Positions 7,689 through 15,906 of a stretch of 17,043 bases of DNA are shown here, in pieces. Both the position numbers and the translations under genes were made by a program. This stretch comes from Candidatus Hodarchaeum mangrovi (lineage in GTDB: Archaea > Asgardarchaeota > Heimdallarchaeia > Hodarchaeales > Hodarchaeaceae). A model generated the notes under the pieces. That model was not told the DNA's origin, searched no databases, and saw nothing but the letters and a program-made list of their open reading frames with translations. The stretch lies in contig JAEOUE010000069.1 in the NCBI GenBank assembly GCA_016839515.1, positions 1 to 17,043 of the forward strand, written 5' to 3'. Every line of letters begins with the position of its first letter. The stretch's first letter is position 1.

Positions 7689-9290
7689 ATGACTATAATG
7701 CAAGATACATTTTTTGATGCAATAAATGAAATACTACGACCCCCAATTGACTTTTTGTTTGCCGGTGGTCCAGTTATTTTCATGCCAGTTATTATTATCA
7801 TTTTGGGATTGATTTTCAGACAAGGGCTTTCCAAGTCTATCCGAAGTGGTATATTAATTGGTATAGGGTTCATTGGTATATTCACATTTGCTTTTGATGT
7901 CTTTGGTGGAACGATTGGTCCTGCAGCTGCAGCATTCGTACAGAACACAGGCATAAACCTTACTGCAATTGACGCGGGTTGGGGTTTGGCCAGTAGTATC
8001 ACTTGGGCAATGCCAACAGCATTTGGAGTTATTATATTATGTTTCATTGTAAACTTAATAATGTTGGCTCTTGGGACCAAAGCATTCAACTTCCAAGGAA
8101 AGACATTTCGAATTGGAACCCTTACATTAGATATAGACCTCTGGAACTATTGGGCTTTTGGATTTACTGCAGCATTGACTTACATTATGACCCGTGACTA
8201 CATTGGTGAACTGGGTGCATATGTCTTGGCCATGATTTTTGCTATAATCCATGCAATTATGGCCTTCAAAATATCAGATTGGATTGCACCTTGTATGGCT
8301 GATCCAGAAAACTTCAATTTACCTGGTATTTCATTACCTCACGGTAATGCAATGATGGCTCCCTATGCTTTTGCCATTGATAAAGTTTTACGAAAAATCC
8401 CTGTTATTGGAAAGGCAAAAGCAGATCCTGAATCAGTACAAGAACGATTTGGTCTCATTGGAGAACCAATTTTCCTCGGATTAGTCATTGGTGCCATTAT
8501 CGGTTTTCTTGGATATTTTGAAGGATTATTAGACCTTAGTACTTTCTGGGACACATTAGGGACGATCGCTAATGTCGCAATGGTTTCTGCAGCTGTGATG
8601 TATTTAATACCCAAGATGATCGCAGTTCTTATGGAAGGACTTATTCCACTATCCGAAGGTATTCGGGATGTTATTACCAAAAGATATCCTGGTCGTGAAT
8701 TTATAATCGGAATGGATATGGCGATAATTATTGGGTACCCTGCAGTCATTGCTGTAGCTTTACTTATGATCCCAATCTCCATCCTACTCTCTGTCTTTCT
8801 CAGCTTTCTTCCTGCACCATTTGGGATAATTGTATTACCCTATGTGGACTTAGCGGGTATGGTCTTTTATTCTGTCTTAGCTATTATGCCATCAAAAGGG
8901 AACATCGTACGTGGTGTTATTTCAGGAACGATCCAACTTGTCTTCATCCTATATACAGCAGGTGTCATGGCTCCGCTAATGACAGCTGCAGGAGCAGAAG
9001 CAATAGCTCAGGGATTCGAATTTGGTTTAGCAGATGTTGAAGAAGTCTTTGGATCAGGTTTGACAATTACATCGCTAGATGCAGGAAGCAATGCAGTACA
9101 TTGGATGTTGATATTATTAGTATTCCCATTGTTCACGTTAGAAGCATGGACCGACATCTTCACTTCTGGAGGTTATCTGATTTGGTTTGTTATTGATATC
9201 GCATGGTGGATTGGTTATATCCTACTATGGTTCTATTTACGAGACGAACCAACTAAGATTTCTGAAGAAAAAATCCATACAATGGAATGA
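7689..9290 (+). CDS. PTS galactitol-family (GatC/SgcC-like) EIIC permease
   Basis: 533-aa polytopic membrane protein with GIGFIGI, IDAGW, DIDLWNYW, GISLPHG, GLIGEP..LG...G, LMEGLIPLS, IGMD and GNIVR motifs collinear with GatC. Confidence 0.92.
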   Translation: MTIMQDTFFDAINEILRPPIDFLFAGGPVIFMPVIIIILGLIFRQGLSKSIRSGILIGIGFIGIFTFAFDVFGGTIGPAAAAFVQNTGINLTAIDAGWGLASSITWAMPTAFGVIILCFIVNLIMLALGTKAFNFQGKTFRIGTLTLDIDLWNYWAFGFTAALTYIMTRDYIGELGAYVLAMIFAIIHAIMAFKISDWIAPCMADPENFNLPGISLPHGNAMMAPYAFAIDKVLRKIPVIGKAKADPESVQERFGLIGEPIFLGLVIGAIIGFLGYFEGLLDLSTFWDTLGTIANVAMVSAAVMYLIPKMIAVLMEGLIPLSEGIRDVITKRYPGREFIIGMDMAIIIGYPAVIAVALLMIPISILLSVFLSFLPAPFGIIVLPYVDLAGMVFYSVLAIMPSKGNIVRGVISGTIQLVFILYTAGVMAPLMTAAGAEAIAQGFEFGLADVEEVFGSGLTITSLDAGSNAVHWMLILLVFPLFTLEAWTDIFTSGGYLIWFVIDIAWWIGYILLWFYLRDEPTKISEEKIHTME

Positions 9291-9319
9291 TAAGGATCCT
9301 ATTTGTAACTCCAAATCCC

Positions 9320-9362
9320 TCCTTTCTTTTTTTTCTTTAACACTAAGAAAATTTTCATTTTT
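9320..9362 (+). terminator. Oligo-T tract, candidate archaeal-type terminator after EIIC
   Basis: TCTTTCTTTTTTTTCTTT about 30 nt after the stop, more T runs downstream, no GC hairpin. Confidence 0.4.
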
Positions 9363-9429
9363 ATCAAAAATAAGCGCATTTAATCCATTAAACAAAACTT
9401 TTTACATTTCACCTTTCTTTCCCTTGCTT

Positions 9430-9441
9430 AAAATTTATAAA
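9430..9441 (+). promoter_or_regulatory. Candidate TATA box (AAAA-TTTATAAA) for the EIIB gene
   Basis: TTTATAAA at 9434-9441, 44 nt upstream of ATG 9486. Confidence 0.4.
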
Positions 9442-9485
9442 TAGAGAGATGAGTAATATTAAAAAAGATCTGTTGGTTTATAGAA

Positions 9486-9803
9486 ATGTCAAAAAAAATA
9501 TTAGTAGCATGTGGTACTGCTATTGCTACTGCAACTGTTGTTGCAACGAAAATTAAAGATTTATTAAGGGAAAACAAGATAAAAGCAGAGATTTCTCAAT
9601 GTAAATCATTTGAAGTAAAAGGAAAAGTGAATTATCAGAAATATGATTTGATTGTATCAACTACTAAAGTGTCTGGTGAAGTAACTGAGGGAGAGACAAG
9701 AACAATCAATGGTGTTCCTATTCTGAACGGAATTCCCTATCTTACTGGTATGAAAAAAGATATTTTAGATCAAGATATTCTAAAGATTCTAAAAGGTATT
9801 TAA
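9486..9803 (+). CDS. PTS galactitol-family EIIB component
   Basis: KKILVACGTAIATAT P-loop with phospho-Cys, plus QC, DLIVSTT and G.PYLTG, all GatB-like. Confidence 0.93.
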   Translation: MSKKILVACGTAIATATVVATKIKDLLRENKIKAEISQCKSFEVKGKVNYQKYDLIVSTTKVSGEVTEGETRTINGVPILNGIPYLTGMKKDILDQDILKILKGI

Positions 9804-9955
9804 GTTGTCAAGCTAAATTCATGTGTTTTTTGTTGCGAGTTGAATTTTTTAATACTTGTTAGTTCTGTTGTTTTAATTACTGATGATTCAAATATTGTTT
9901 TTTCTTTAATTTTTTTGATAAAATCCATTATAAACACATAAGGAAGAGTTATTAC

Positions 9956-10582
9956 ATGAAAAAATCACAAGCTTTAACCCAGATCAAACGTGAAATGGCT
10001 ACTGTTTGCCGAAAAATTTATGAAAAAGGTTTGACTTATAGTACGGGAGGCAATATTAGTGTACGTATAGGGGAAGACTCTTTTTTAATCAAACCTGCTG
10101 ACTATTGTTTTGGGGATTTAAAAGGTAGGGATTTTATAGTAGTTAATAGTAGAGGAGAAAAAATGATTGGTCCTAAGGGTAACAGACCCTCCAGTGAAAC
10201 ACCAATGCATGTAACTATCTATCGAGACTTAAAGGATATTAATGCCGTTATCCATGCCCATTCTCCTTATACTCTTGTTTTTGCTACTATGGGAGTTCCC
10301 ATTGAACCAGCAACAACATTTGCTGAAGAAGAGCTTGGCTTAGTCCCTTTAGCTCCTTATCGTGATCCAGGAACTCAAGATCTGGCAGAAATCGCTGCTC
10401 AAACATTGAAAAAAGTAGAAAAAAACCTCTATCCACCTGCTAAAACACCTGCAATTGCTTGTCTTTTAGAAAGGCATGGTGTTCTAGTTGCCGGAAAAAA
10501 TCTACGTCAAACATTCTATGCATTAGAATCACTAGAAACGACAGCAAGAACAATATTATGGATGAAAACAATTCAAAACTAA
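9956..10582 (+). CDS. Class II aldolase/adducin-family protein (FucA/AraD-like aldolase, epimerase or decarboxylase)
   Basis: GGNISVR, PSSETPMH (catalytic Glu), HAHSP and LERHG (three Zn-binding His). Confidence 0.92.
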   Translation: MKKSQALTQIKREMATVCRKIYEKGLTYSTGGNISVRIGEDSFLIKPADYCFGDLKGRDFIVVNSRGEKMIGPKGNRPSSETPMHVTIYRDLKDINAVIHAHSPYTLVFATMGVPIEPATTFAEEELGLVPLAPYRDPGTQDLAEIAAQTLKKVEKNLYPPAKTPAIACLLERHGVLVAGKNLRQTFYALESLETTARTILWMKTIQN

Positions 10583-10608
10583 AAAATTCTTTTATCGTGG
10601 AGATAATT

Positions 10609-11664
10609 ATGTATCCAGATGAAATGAAAGTTGCTTTAATGTATGGGGCTAAAGATATACGAATTGAAACGGTCCCAATCCCGAAAATTGAAGAAAATGA
10701 GGTTTTAGTCAAAGTTGAGTCTGTAGGTATTTGCGCTACGGACGTAAAAAAATATATTGGTGTTTCGTCATGTAAATTTCCAATTATATTAGGACACGAA
10801 TTGGCTGGATCAATTGTCAATCTTGGTTCCAATGTAACGGGATATAAAAATGGAGATCGCGTTAGTGCTAATCCTGATATGCCTTGTTTTAAGTGTAAAT
10901 ACTGCCGTCAATCGAAATTCAATCTGTGTAATAATTTAGCTGTTATTGGATATGGAACAGAGGAGATTGAACCTATTAATGGAGCCTTTGCCCAATATGT
11001 TAAGATTCCAGCTTGGAATCTCATAAAACTTGAAGATACGATTACTTATGATCAAGGAACATATATTGAACCCTTCGCTTGTGTAATCCGAAGCTTCAAC
11101 CTTGCTAAAATCAGTCCAACAGATTCTATTTTGATTCTTGGTGATGGAAGAATAGGACTATTGCATACACAACTTGGAAAGGAATCAGGAGCAGATAGAA
11201 TAATTGTTACAGGACTTTCAAAGGATCGATTAGTATTAGCAAAGAAATTAGGTGCACATGAGGTAATTAATGTCCAAAACATCGATCTTTTGAAATATAT
11301 TAAAGAACACATTTCAGATGGGGTGGATGTAGTTTTTGATACTACTGGGGTAGTATCTGCAGCAGAACAGGGAGTTCAGTTATTAGCACCCCATGGACGA
11401 TTTATTGCTTTTGCAGGTTTTCCTAAAGGACAAAATATGATGATTAATCCACGAGATTTGCATTATAAAGAAATTATTTTAACAGGTTCCTTTGGGTATG
11501 GATCACCTATGGATTATTATCATGCAGGTCATTTAATTGCAGCAAAACGCATTAAAGTTGACGAACTTACATCTCGGGTACGTCCATTAAATGGGATTGA
11601 AGAAGGTTTTATAGAAATCAGTGAATTGAAAAGTATAAGAACTATAATTCATCCTCAAGAATAA
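10609..11664 (+). CDS. Zn-dependent medium-chain polyol/sugar-phosphate dehydrogenase
   Basis: GICATD and GHE (catalytic Zn), CFKCKYC..SKFNLC (structural Zn), EP, GDGRIG Rossmann loop. ATG 10609 has GGAG at 10599-10602; the track start 10459 overlaps the previous gene. Confidence 0.92.
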   Translation: MYPDEMKVALMYGAKDIRIETVPIPKIEENEVLVKVESVGICATDVKKYIGVSSCKFPIILGHELAGSIVNLGSNVTGYKNGDRVSANPDMPCFKCKYCRQSKFNLCNNLAVIGYGTEEIEPINGAFAQYVKIPAWNLIKLEDTITYDQGTYIEPFACVIRSFNLAKISPTDSILILGDGRIGLLHTQLGKESGADRIIVTGLSKDRLVLAKKLGAHEVINVQNIDLLKYIKEHISDGVDVVFDTTGVVSAAEQGVQLLAPHGRFIAFAGFPKGQNMMINPRDLHYKEIILTGSFGYGSPMDYYHAGHLIAAKRIKVDELTSRVRPLNGIEEGFIEISELKSIRTIIHPQE

Positions 11665-11730
11665 TCACTAATTATTCAATCCTCAAATTTCATTAACTAA
11701 TTAGATAGTAAAATTTTAGCTGGATATAGA

Positions 11731-12795
11731 ATGGCAGAATTAAATAACAAACATGAAAATATAATCAAGTACATACTACTTTTAGATAAATGGAGATCCC
11801 GACAAGCCATTGAAGAAGAAATTAGTGCTTTATCACTCGTTGGGGAGAAATTTTTCCCAAACCAAACAAAAGATGCATTAAAACTCGTCAATTCTCTTAC
11901 ATGTGATCAAAATTTTCCCCTTTTATATAAGATATATCAACCAATTCAAAAATTTACCATTGCTTTAACTCTAGTTTTTGTTTTTTTTATTTTCTCATAT
12001 ACAACGAAGTCTTTTGCTTATGAACTGGCAGGGTCTCTTATTTTTAATCCGTTATTTATTTTAACTGTTTTATCTTCCTTTATAATTGCTGGTATAGTAA
12101 TGTATACATATAGAAAGAAATCTTGGGAATTTAGAAGTGCCAATATCGATAAATTACAGAATTTTAAACCAATTATTGAGGAATTAATCAAAGATCTTGT
12201 TCCACTAGCAATCGAAAGGAAATTTATTCCAAAAAAATATCCTATTCAATTAAATCATAATGATTACATAGGATTACGACTCGTAGGCTCATCTGGATCC
12301 ACTTTTCACATGGTTTTTTCATTATCTCATGCCCTGCTTCTTAATTCCCGTGAAGCTCACATTATGACGTATATGGGACGACTTTCGTTCTTTGATGGAC
12401 TTCCAGGTTTTAGAGGGGGAAAACCTTCTATTAAACTAATAGTAAGTCAAATAGCTGGAGATATCAAACCTTATCTAAAAAAATGTGCGGATTGGAGAAT
12501 GCAAGGTGTTGATGTTCTTGTAAGAAGAAGTAATCCAGATCAAATCAAAAAGAGCTATATCATATTGGATGAAGAAACGGTATGGATTTCAAGTCAGCAC
12601 CTAGAGGAATTAGATTTCCAAGATATAGTCCTTATAGATAAAATGAATAAACCTGAAGAAAAAAAGAAAATAATTTCTCGTTTTGAAAAACTTTGGGAAA
12701 CGTCTCAGATTTCTGATGAACTAGAAGCAATATCTTGGAGGACGTATTTCAAGGAACAGAGAAAAGAAGAGAAATTAAAAGGAAAAAGCGAATGA
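11731..12795 (+). CDS. Hypothetical 2-TM membrane protein with a possible degenerate PLD/TrmB-like C-terminal domain
   Basis: Two hydrophobic helices at about aa 76-127. C-terminal KKSYIILDEETVWISSQHL ... FEKLWE has PLD-fold spacing but lacks HKD. Confidence 0.5.
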   Translation: MAELNNKHENIIKYILLLDKWRSRQAIEEEISALSLVGEKFFPNQTKDALKLVNSLTCDQNFPLLYKIYQPIQKFTIALTLVFVFFIFSYTTKSFAYELAGSLIFNPLFILTVLSSFIIAGIVMYTYRKKSWEFRSANIDKLQNFKPIIEELIKDLVPLAIERKFIPKKYPIQLNHNDYIGLRLVGSSGSTFHMVFSLSHALLLNSREAHIMTYMGRLSFFDGLPGFRGGKPSIKLIVSQIAGDIKPYLKKCADWRMQGVDVLVRRSNPDQIKKSYIILDEETVWISSQHLEELDFQDIVLIDKMNKPEEKKKIISRFEKLWETSQISDELEAISWRTYFKEQRKEEKLKGKSE

Positions 12796-12837
12796 AACAA
12801 AATTATTCAGGATCTTTTACATATTTTAGCTAAAAAA

Positions 12838-14565
12838 TTAAATTTTTGTTGTCGGGTCAATAGATAAGAATTTTCGTACTTCGGGAGCTCCAGATAAATT
12901 TAATACTGTCTTTACAATATTCTTACATTCATCTAATGAAAGACTAGAAATTTTTCTCTTTACTCTTGGAATCGAACTTGGATTCATGCTCAATTCATCT
13001 ATTCCTAATCCAAGTAATATTGGTGTAGCCAAAGTTTCACTAGCCAACTCTCCACAAATTCCTACCCATTTTCCATATTTTTTAGCTACTTCTACTACTT
13101 TTTGAATTAGAAAGAAGATAGAAGGATGATAATGATCATAGATGGCAGCCATTTGTTCATTAGTTCTGTCTGCAGCTAATAAATATTGAGTTAAATCATT
13201 TGTTCCTATACTAAAAAAATCTATATATGGTGCAATATTTTCCGCACAAATAGCGGCAGCAGGAACTTCTACCATTATCCCAATTTCAACTGATTTAGCA
13301 ATTTCATATCCCTCTTCTTCTAATTCTTTTTTACATTGCTTCACCATTGTTGATAATTCATCTATTTCCTCAAAGATTGAAACCATAGGAAACATTATTT
13401 TTAAATGCCCATCAAAGGAAGCTCTTAAAGCAGCTCTTATTTGTGATCTTAAAACATCTTTTAAGTTCTCATTCAAGAGAAATCTTGATCCACGAAGGCC
13501 TAAAAATGGATTATTCTCTTTTCTAAGGTTTAAAAATGGTATATTCTTATCTCCACCAACATCGAGAGTTCTTAAGACAACGGGTCTACCTTTCATTGCT
13601 TTTAGGACTTTTTTATAGGTAGAATACTGTATGTCCTCCTCTGGCAATTTTTCATTCTTTAAATAGAGAAATTCTGTTCTGAATAAACCAATTCCATCAG
13701 CCCCATTCTCTAAAGCTTGGTTGACTTCCTCTACAGATCCAATATTCGCAAATACTTTGAATTCATAGCCATCCTTAGTCTTCGCTTTTCTAGTAGAAAA
13801 TCTCTTATTCTCATGCTCTTCCTCATAAAAAGTAGTTTGTATTGCTTTAAATTTATTGAGAGTCTTTTCATCTGGATTGATTATAATTTTTCCATTATTT
13901 CCATCAATTATAGCAAAATTATTTTCTTTCGCCGTTTTAATGAGTTCTTTAGCCCCAACTACAGCTGGTACATTTAAGGCTCTAGCAATGATTGCAACAT
14001 GTGATGTTGATCCTCCTAATTCTGTGGCAAATCCAAGAATTTTATCTTTATCCATTTCTGCGGTATCAGAAGGTGTCAGTTCCTTAGCAATGATAATTAC
14101 TTCATTTTTGAGATTCGAAAGCAATGAAGGACGCTTTCCTGATAGTGTTTTCAAAATTTGTTTTCCAACATCCTTGATGTCGCTGGACCTTTCCTTGAAA
14201 TATTGATTTTTCATATGATTGAATTTCTCTACATAATCATTAGTGACGTTTAGAATGGCTTGATCAAGACTTATATTTTCCCGTAATTTTTGAATGATTG
14301 ATTCTTGAAAATCATTATCTTCTAACATTAGTATTTGAGCATCAAAAATAGCTGCTTCCTTGAAACCAATCTCTTTTTCAGTTTTCTTTGTTAGTTCCTC
14401 AAGATATGAAATTGTATTCAAAATTGCTTCCTTGAAAATTTGTATTGAATTCTCGATTGGTAATAATTTGAATTTTGATAAATCAAAATTTGATACCTGA
14501 TCATAAAATAAAATATTTCCTATTGCAATTCCGTTTGAGGCAGGTATACCATAGACTAGATTCAT
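12838..14565 (-). CDS. ptsI: PTS enzyme I (phosphoenolpyruvate-protein phosphotransferase)
   Basis: 575 aa; AS.GIAIG, GGSTSHVAIIAR (phospho-His), GIGLFRTEF, RTLDVGGDK, NPFLGLRG, MVEVP, SIGTNDLTQY, GICGE. Confidence 0.97.
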   Translation of the reverse strand: MNLVYGIPASNGIAIGNILFYDQVSNFDLSKFKLLPIENSIQIFKEAILNTISYLEELTKKTEKEIGFKEAAIFDAQILMLEDNDFQESIIQKLRENISLDQAILNVTNDYVEKFNHMKNQYFKERSSDIKDVGKQILKTLSGKRPSLLSNLKNEVIIIAKELTPSDTAEMDKDKILGFATELGGSTSHVAIIARALNVPAVVGAKELIKTAKENNFAIIDGNNGKIIINPDEKTLNKFKAIQTTFYEEEHENKRFSTRKAKTKDGYEFKVFANIGSVEEVNQALENGADGIGLFRTEFLYLKNEKLPEEDIQYSTYKKVLKAMKGRPVVLRTLDVGGDKNIPFLNLRKENNPFLGLRGSRFLLNENLKDVLRSQIRAALRASFDGHLKIMFPMVSIFEEIDELSTMVKQCKKELEEEGYEIAKSVEIGIMVEVPAAAICAENIAPYIDFFSIGTNDLTQYLLAADRTNEQMAAIYDHYHPSIFFLIQKVVEVAKKYGKWVGICGELASETLATPILLGLGIDELSMNPSSIPRVKRKISSLSLDECKNIVKTVLNLSGAPEVRKFLSIDPTTKI

Positions 14566-14581
14566 TACCCAACATCACTCC

Positions 14582-14854
14582 CTATTCTTCACCAAATTTA
14601 TTTTCAATAAGGGATACCAACTTCTCTTTTGCTTCAAGTGCATCTTCTCCCTCAATGTATACCGTTATTGTATCACCCTTTTCAACCCCTAAACCAAGCA
14701 CACCTAAAATCATTTTAGCATCAGCTTTGTTCCCATCTTTAATTACAGTTATTTCTGAAGAAAATTTTTTTGCAGTTCTTACAAATAGTGCTGCTGGTCT
14801 GGCATGTAATCCTACTCGATTTTGTAAAGTTGCAGTAAATTGAGTTTTTGTCAT
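14582..14854 (-). CDS. ptsH: Phosphocarrier protein HPr
   Basis: 90 aa; GLHARPAA (His17, equivalent to His15), G..GD.I...EGED, directly upstream of ptsI. Confidence 0.96.
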   Translation of the reverse strand: MTKTQFTATLQNRVGLHARPAALFVRTAKKFSSEITVIKDGNKADAKMILGVLGLGVEKGDTITVYIEGEDALEAKEKLVSLIENKFGEE

Positions 14855-14874
14855 TATTAGTAGTTCCTTTTATT

Positions 14875-15327
14875 TTATTGAATATCAATTAACCTTCTTA
14901 AAATTTGAGCACTTGCGATAAGATCAGAGGTATTTCTAAGTTGTGCTACTACTTCTGGATTACTAAAAACATTATCCGTTAAAGCTTTTAAATTTGGAAC
15001 TACCATCTGAGGTTCACTAATAGCAAGTAAAAATACTAAATGAATCTTAATTTTTTGTTCTGGGTCCTCCATATTTTCCCAAAAAATAGGAGTTTGTAGA
15101 ATTCCAACTGCTATAGCAGGTTTGATTACATGTTCAGTTTCAGCATGTGGAATAGCAACATTATATTCCCCTTGAAGCTCTAATCCTGTCGGAAAATTTT
15201 GTTCACGGACATGAATCGCTGTTTCGTAAGATTCTTTTACATATCCTTTGACTAAGAGAAAGGAGAACAATTCATGTACAACTTCTTCCTTATTCCTAGC
15301 ATTTGAATTAATGATAAATATCTCCAA
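14875..15327 (-). CDS. PTS EIIA component (GatA-like, Fru/Mtl/Gat EIIA fold)
   Basis: GYVKESY, REQNFPTGL, VAIPHAE (phospho-His), F..M, LVFLLAI. TTG start with GGAAGG 9 nt upstream. Confidence 0.93.
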   Translation of the reverse strand: MEIFIINSNARNKEEVVHELFSFLLVKGYVKESYETAIHVREQNFPTGLELQGEYNVAIPHAETEHVIKPAIAVGILQTPIFWENMEDPEQKIKIHLVFLLAISEPQMVVPNLKALTDNVFSNPEVVAQLRNTSDLIASAQILRRLIDIQ

Positions 15328-15462
15328 ATTTTTTTTCCTTCCAACGCTAATATAGGATTAAGGATAGTTGGATTTTCAAATTGACCCCAACTATATCATA
15401 TTGAAAAAGGACAAATTATTGAAAGTTATTAATAATTAGTAATCGACATTTTGTATAATTTG

Positions 15463-15906
15463 TTATTTATTTTTTTCTTCTTTATTCCCAATAATGGAAA
15501 CAAAAACCTTCCTCTTCCTTGCCTCAATGTATTCTATGAAATAGACTCTTTGCCAAGTCCCTAAAACAAGTTTCATTTTATCTATACCTATAAAAATTGA
15601 ATTCCCTATCATTTGAGCCTTTACATGTGCTGCAGAATCTAATGGACTTTCTTCAATATGATTCCAGGCTCTATTTTCAGGTACAAGGTTCCATAGTATC
15701 TCTGATACATCTTTTCCAACACCTGGATCCGATCCTTCGTTTACAACAAGACCTGTTGTGGTATGCATACTATAAGCTAGTAAAATGCCAGATATTATTT
15801 TTTTATCTGTAATTATTTGTTGAAGATCCTCTGTTATGTCATGATATGTACCAGCATTTTCAGTATTTATAACAACATAATCAGTGAATATTTTTAATTG
15901 TGACAT
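15463..15906 (-). CDS. yjbQ: YjbQ/UPF0047 family protein
   Basis: DIT, HTTTGLVVNE, D, H.E...AAHVKA, LGTWQRVYFIE and R.R motifs. Confidence 0.9.
   Translation of the reverse strand: MSQLKIFTDYVVINTENAGTYHDITEDLQQIITDKKIISGILLAYSMHTTTGLVVNEGSDPGVGKDVSEILWNLVPENRAWNHIEESPLDSAAHVKAQMIGNSIFIGIDKMKLVLGTWQRVYFIEYIEARKRKVFVSIIGNKEEKNK

Noticed and set aside
7484-8782. Antisense ORFs 7484-8089 and 8363-8782, and alternate-frame ORF 8003-8197
   Set aside because: Shadows of the EIIC gene with no recognisable motifs.
10459-10608. 50-aa N-terminal extension of the dehydrogenase in the ORF track
   Set aside because: It overlaps the class II aldolase by 124 nt; ATG 10609 has a GGAG site and gives a normal-length enzyme.
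7689-11664. Assigning gatB, gatC, gatD or fucA symbols and galactitol as substrate
   Set aside because: Family membership is clear, but motif changes and the accompanying enzymes (no tagatose-6-P kinase or GatY/GatZ in view) do not support that substrate.
13717-14843. Plus-strand ORFs 13717-13977, 13856-14206 and 14475-14843
   Set aside because: Antisense to the well-supported ptsI and ptsH.
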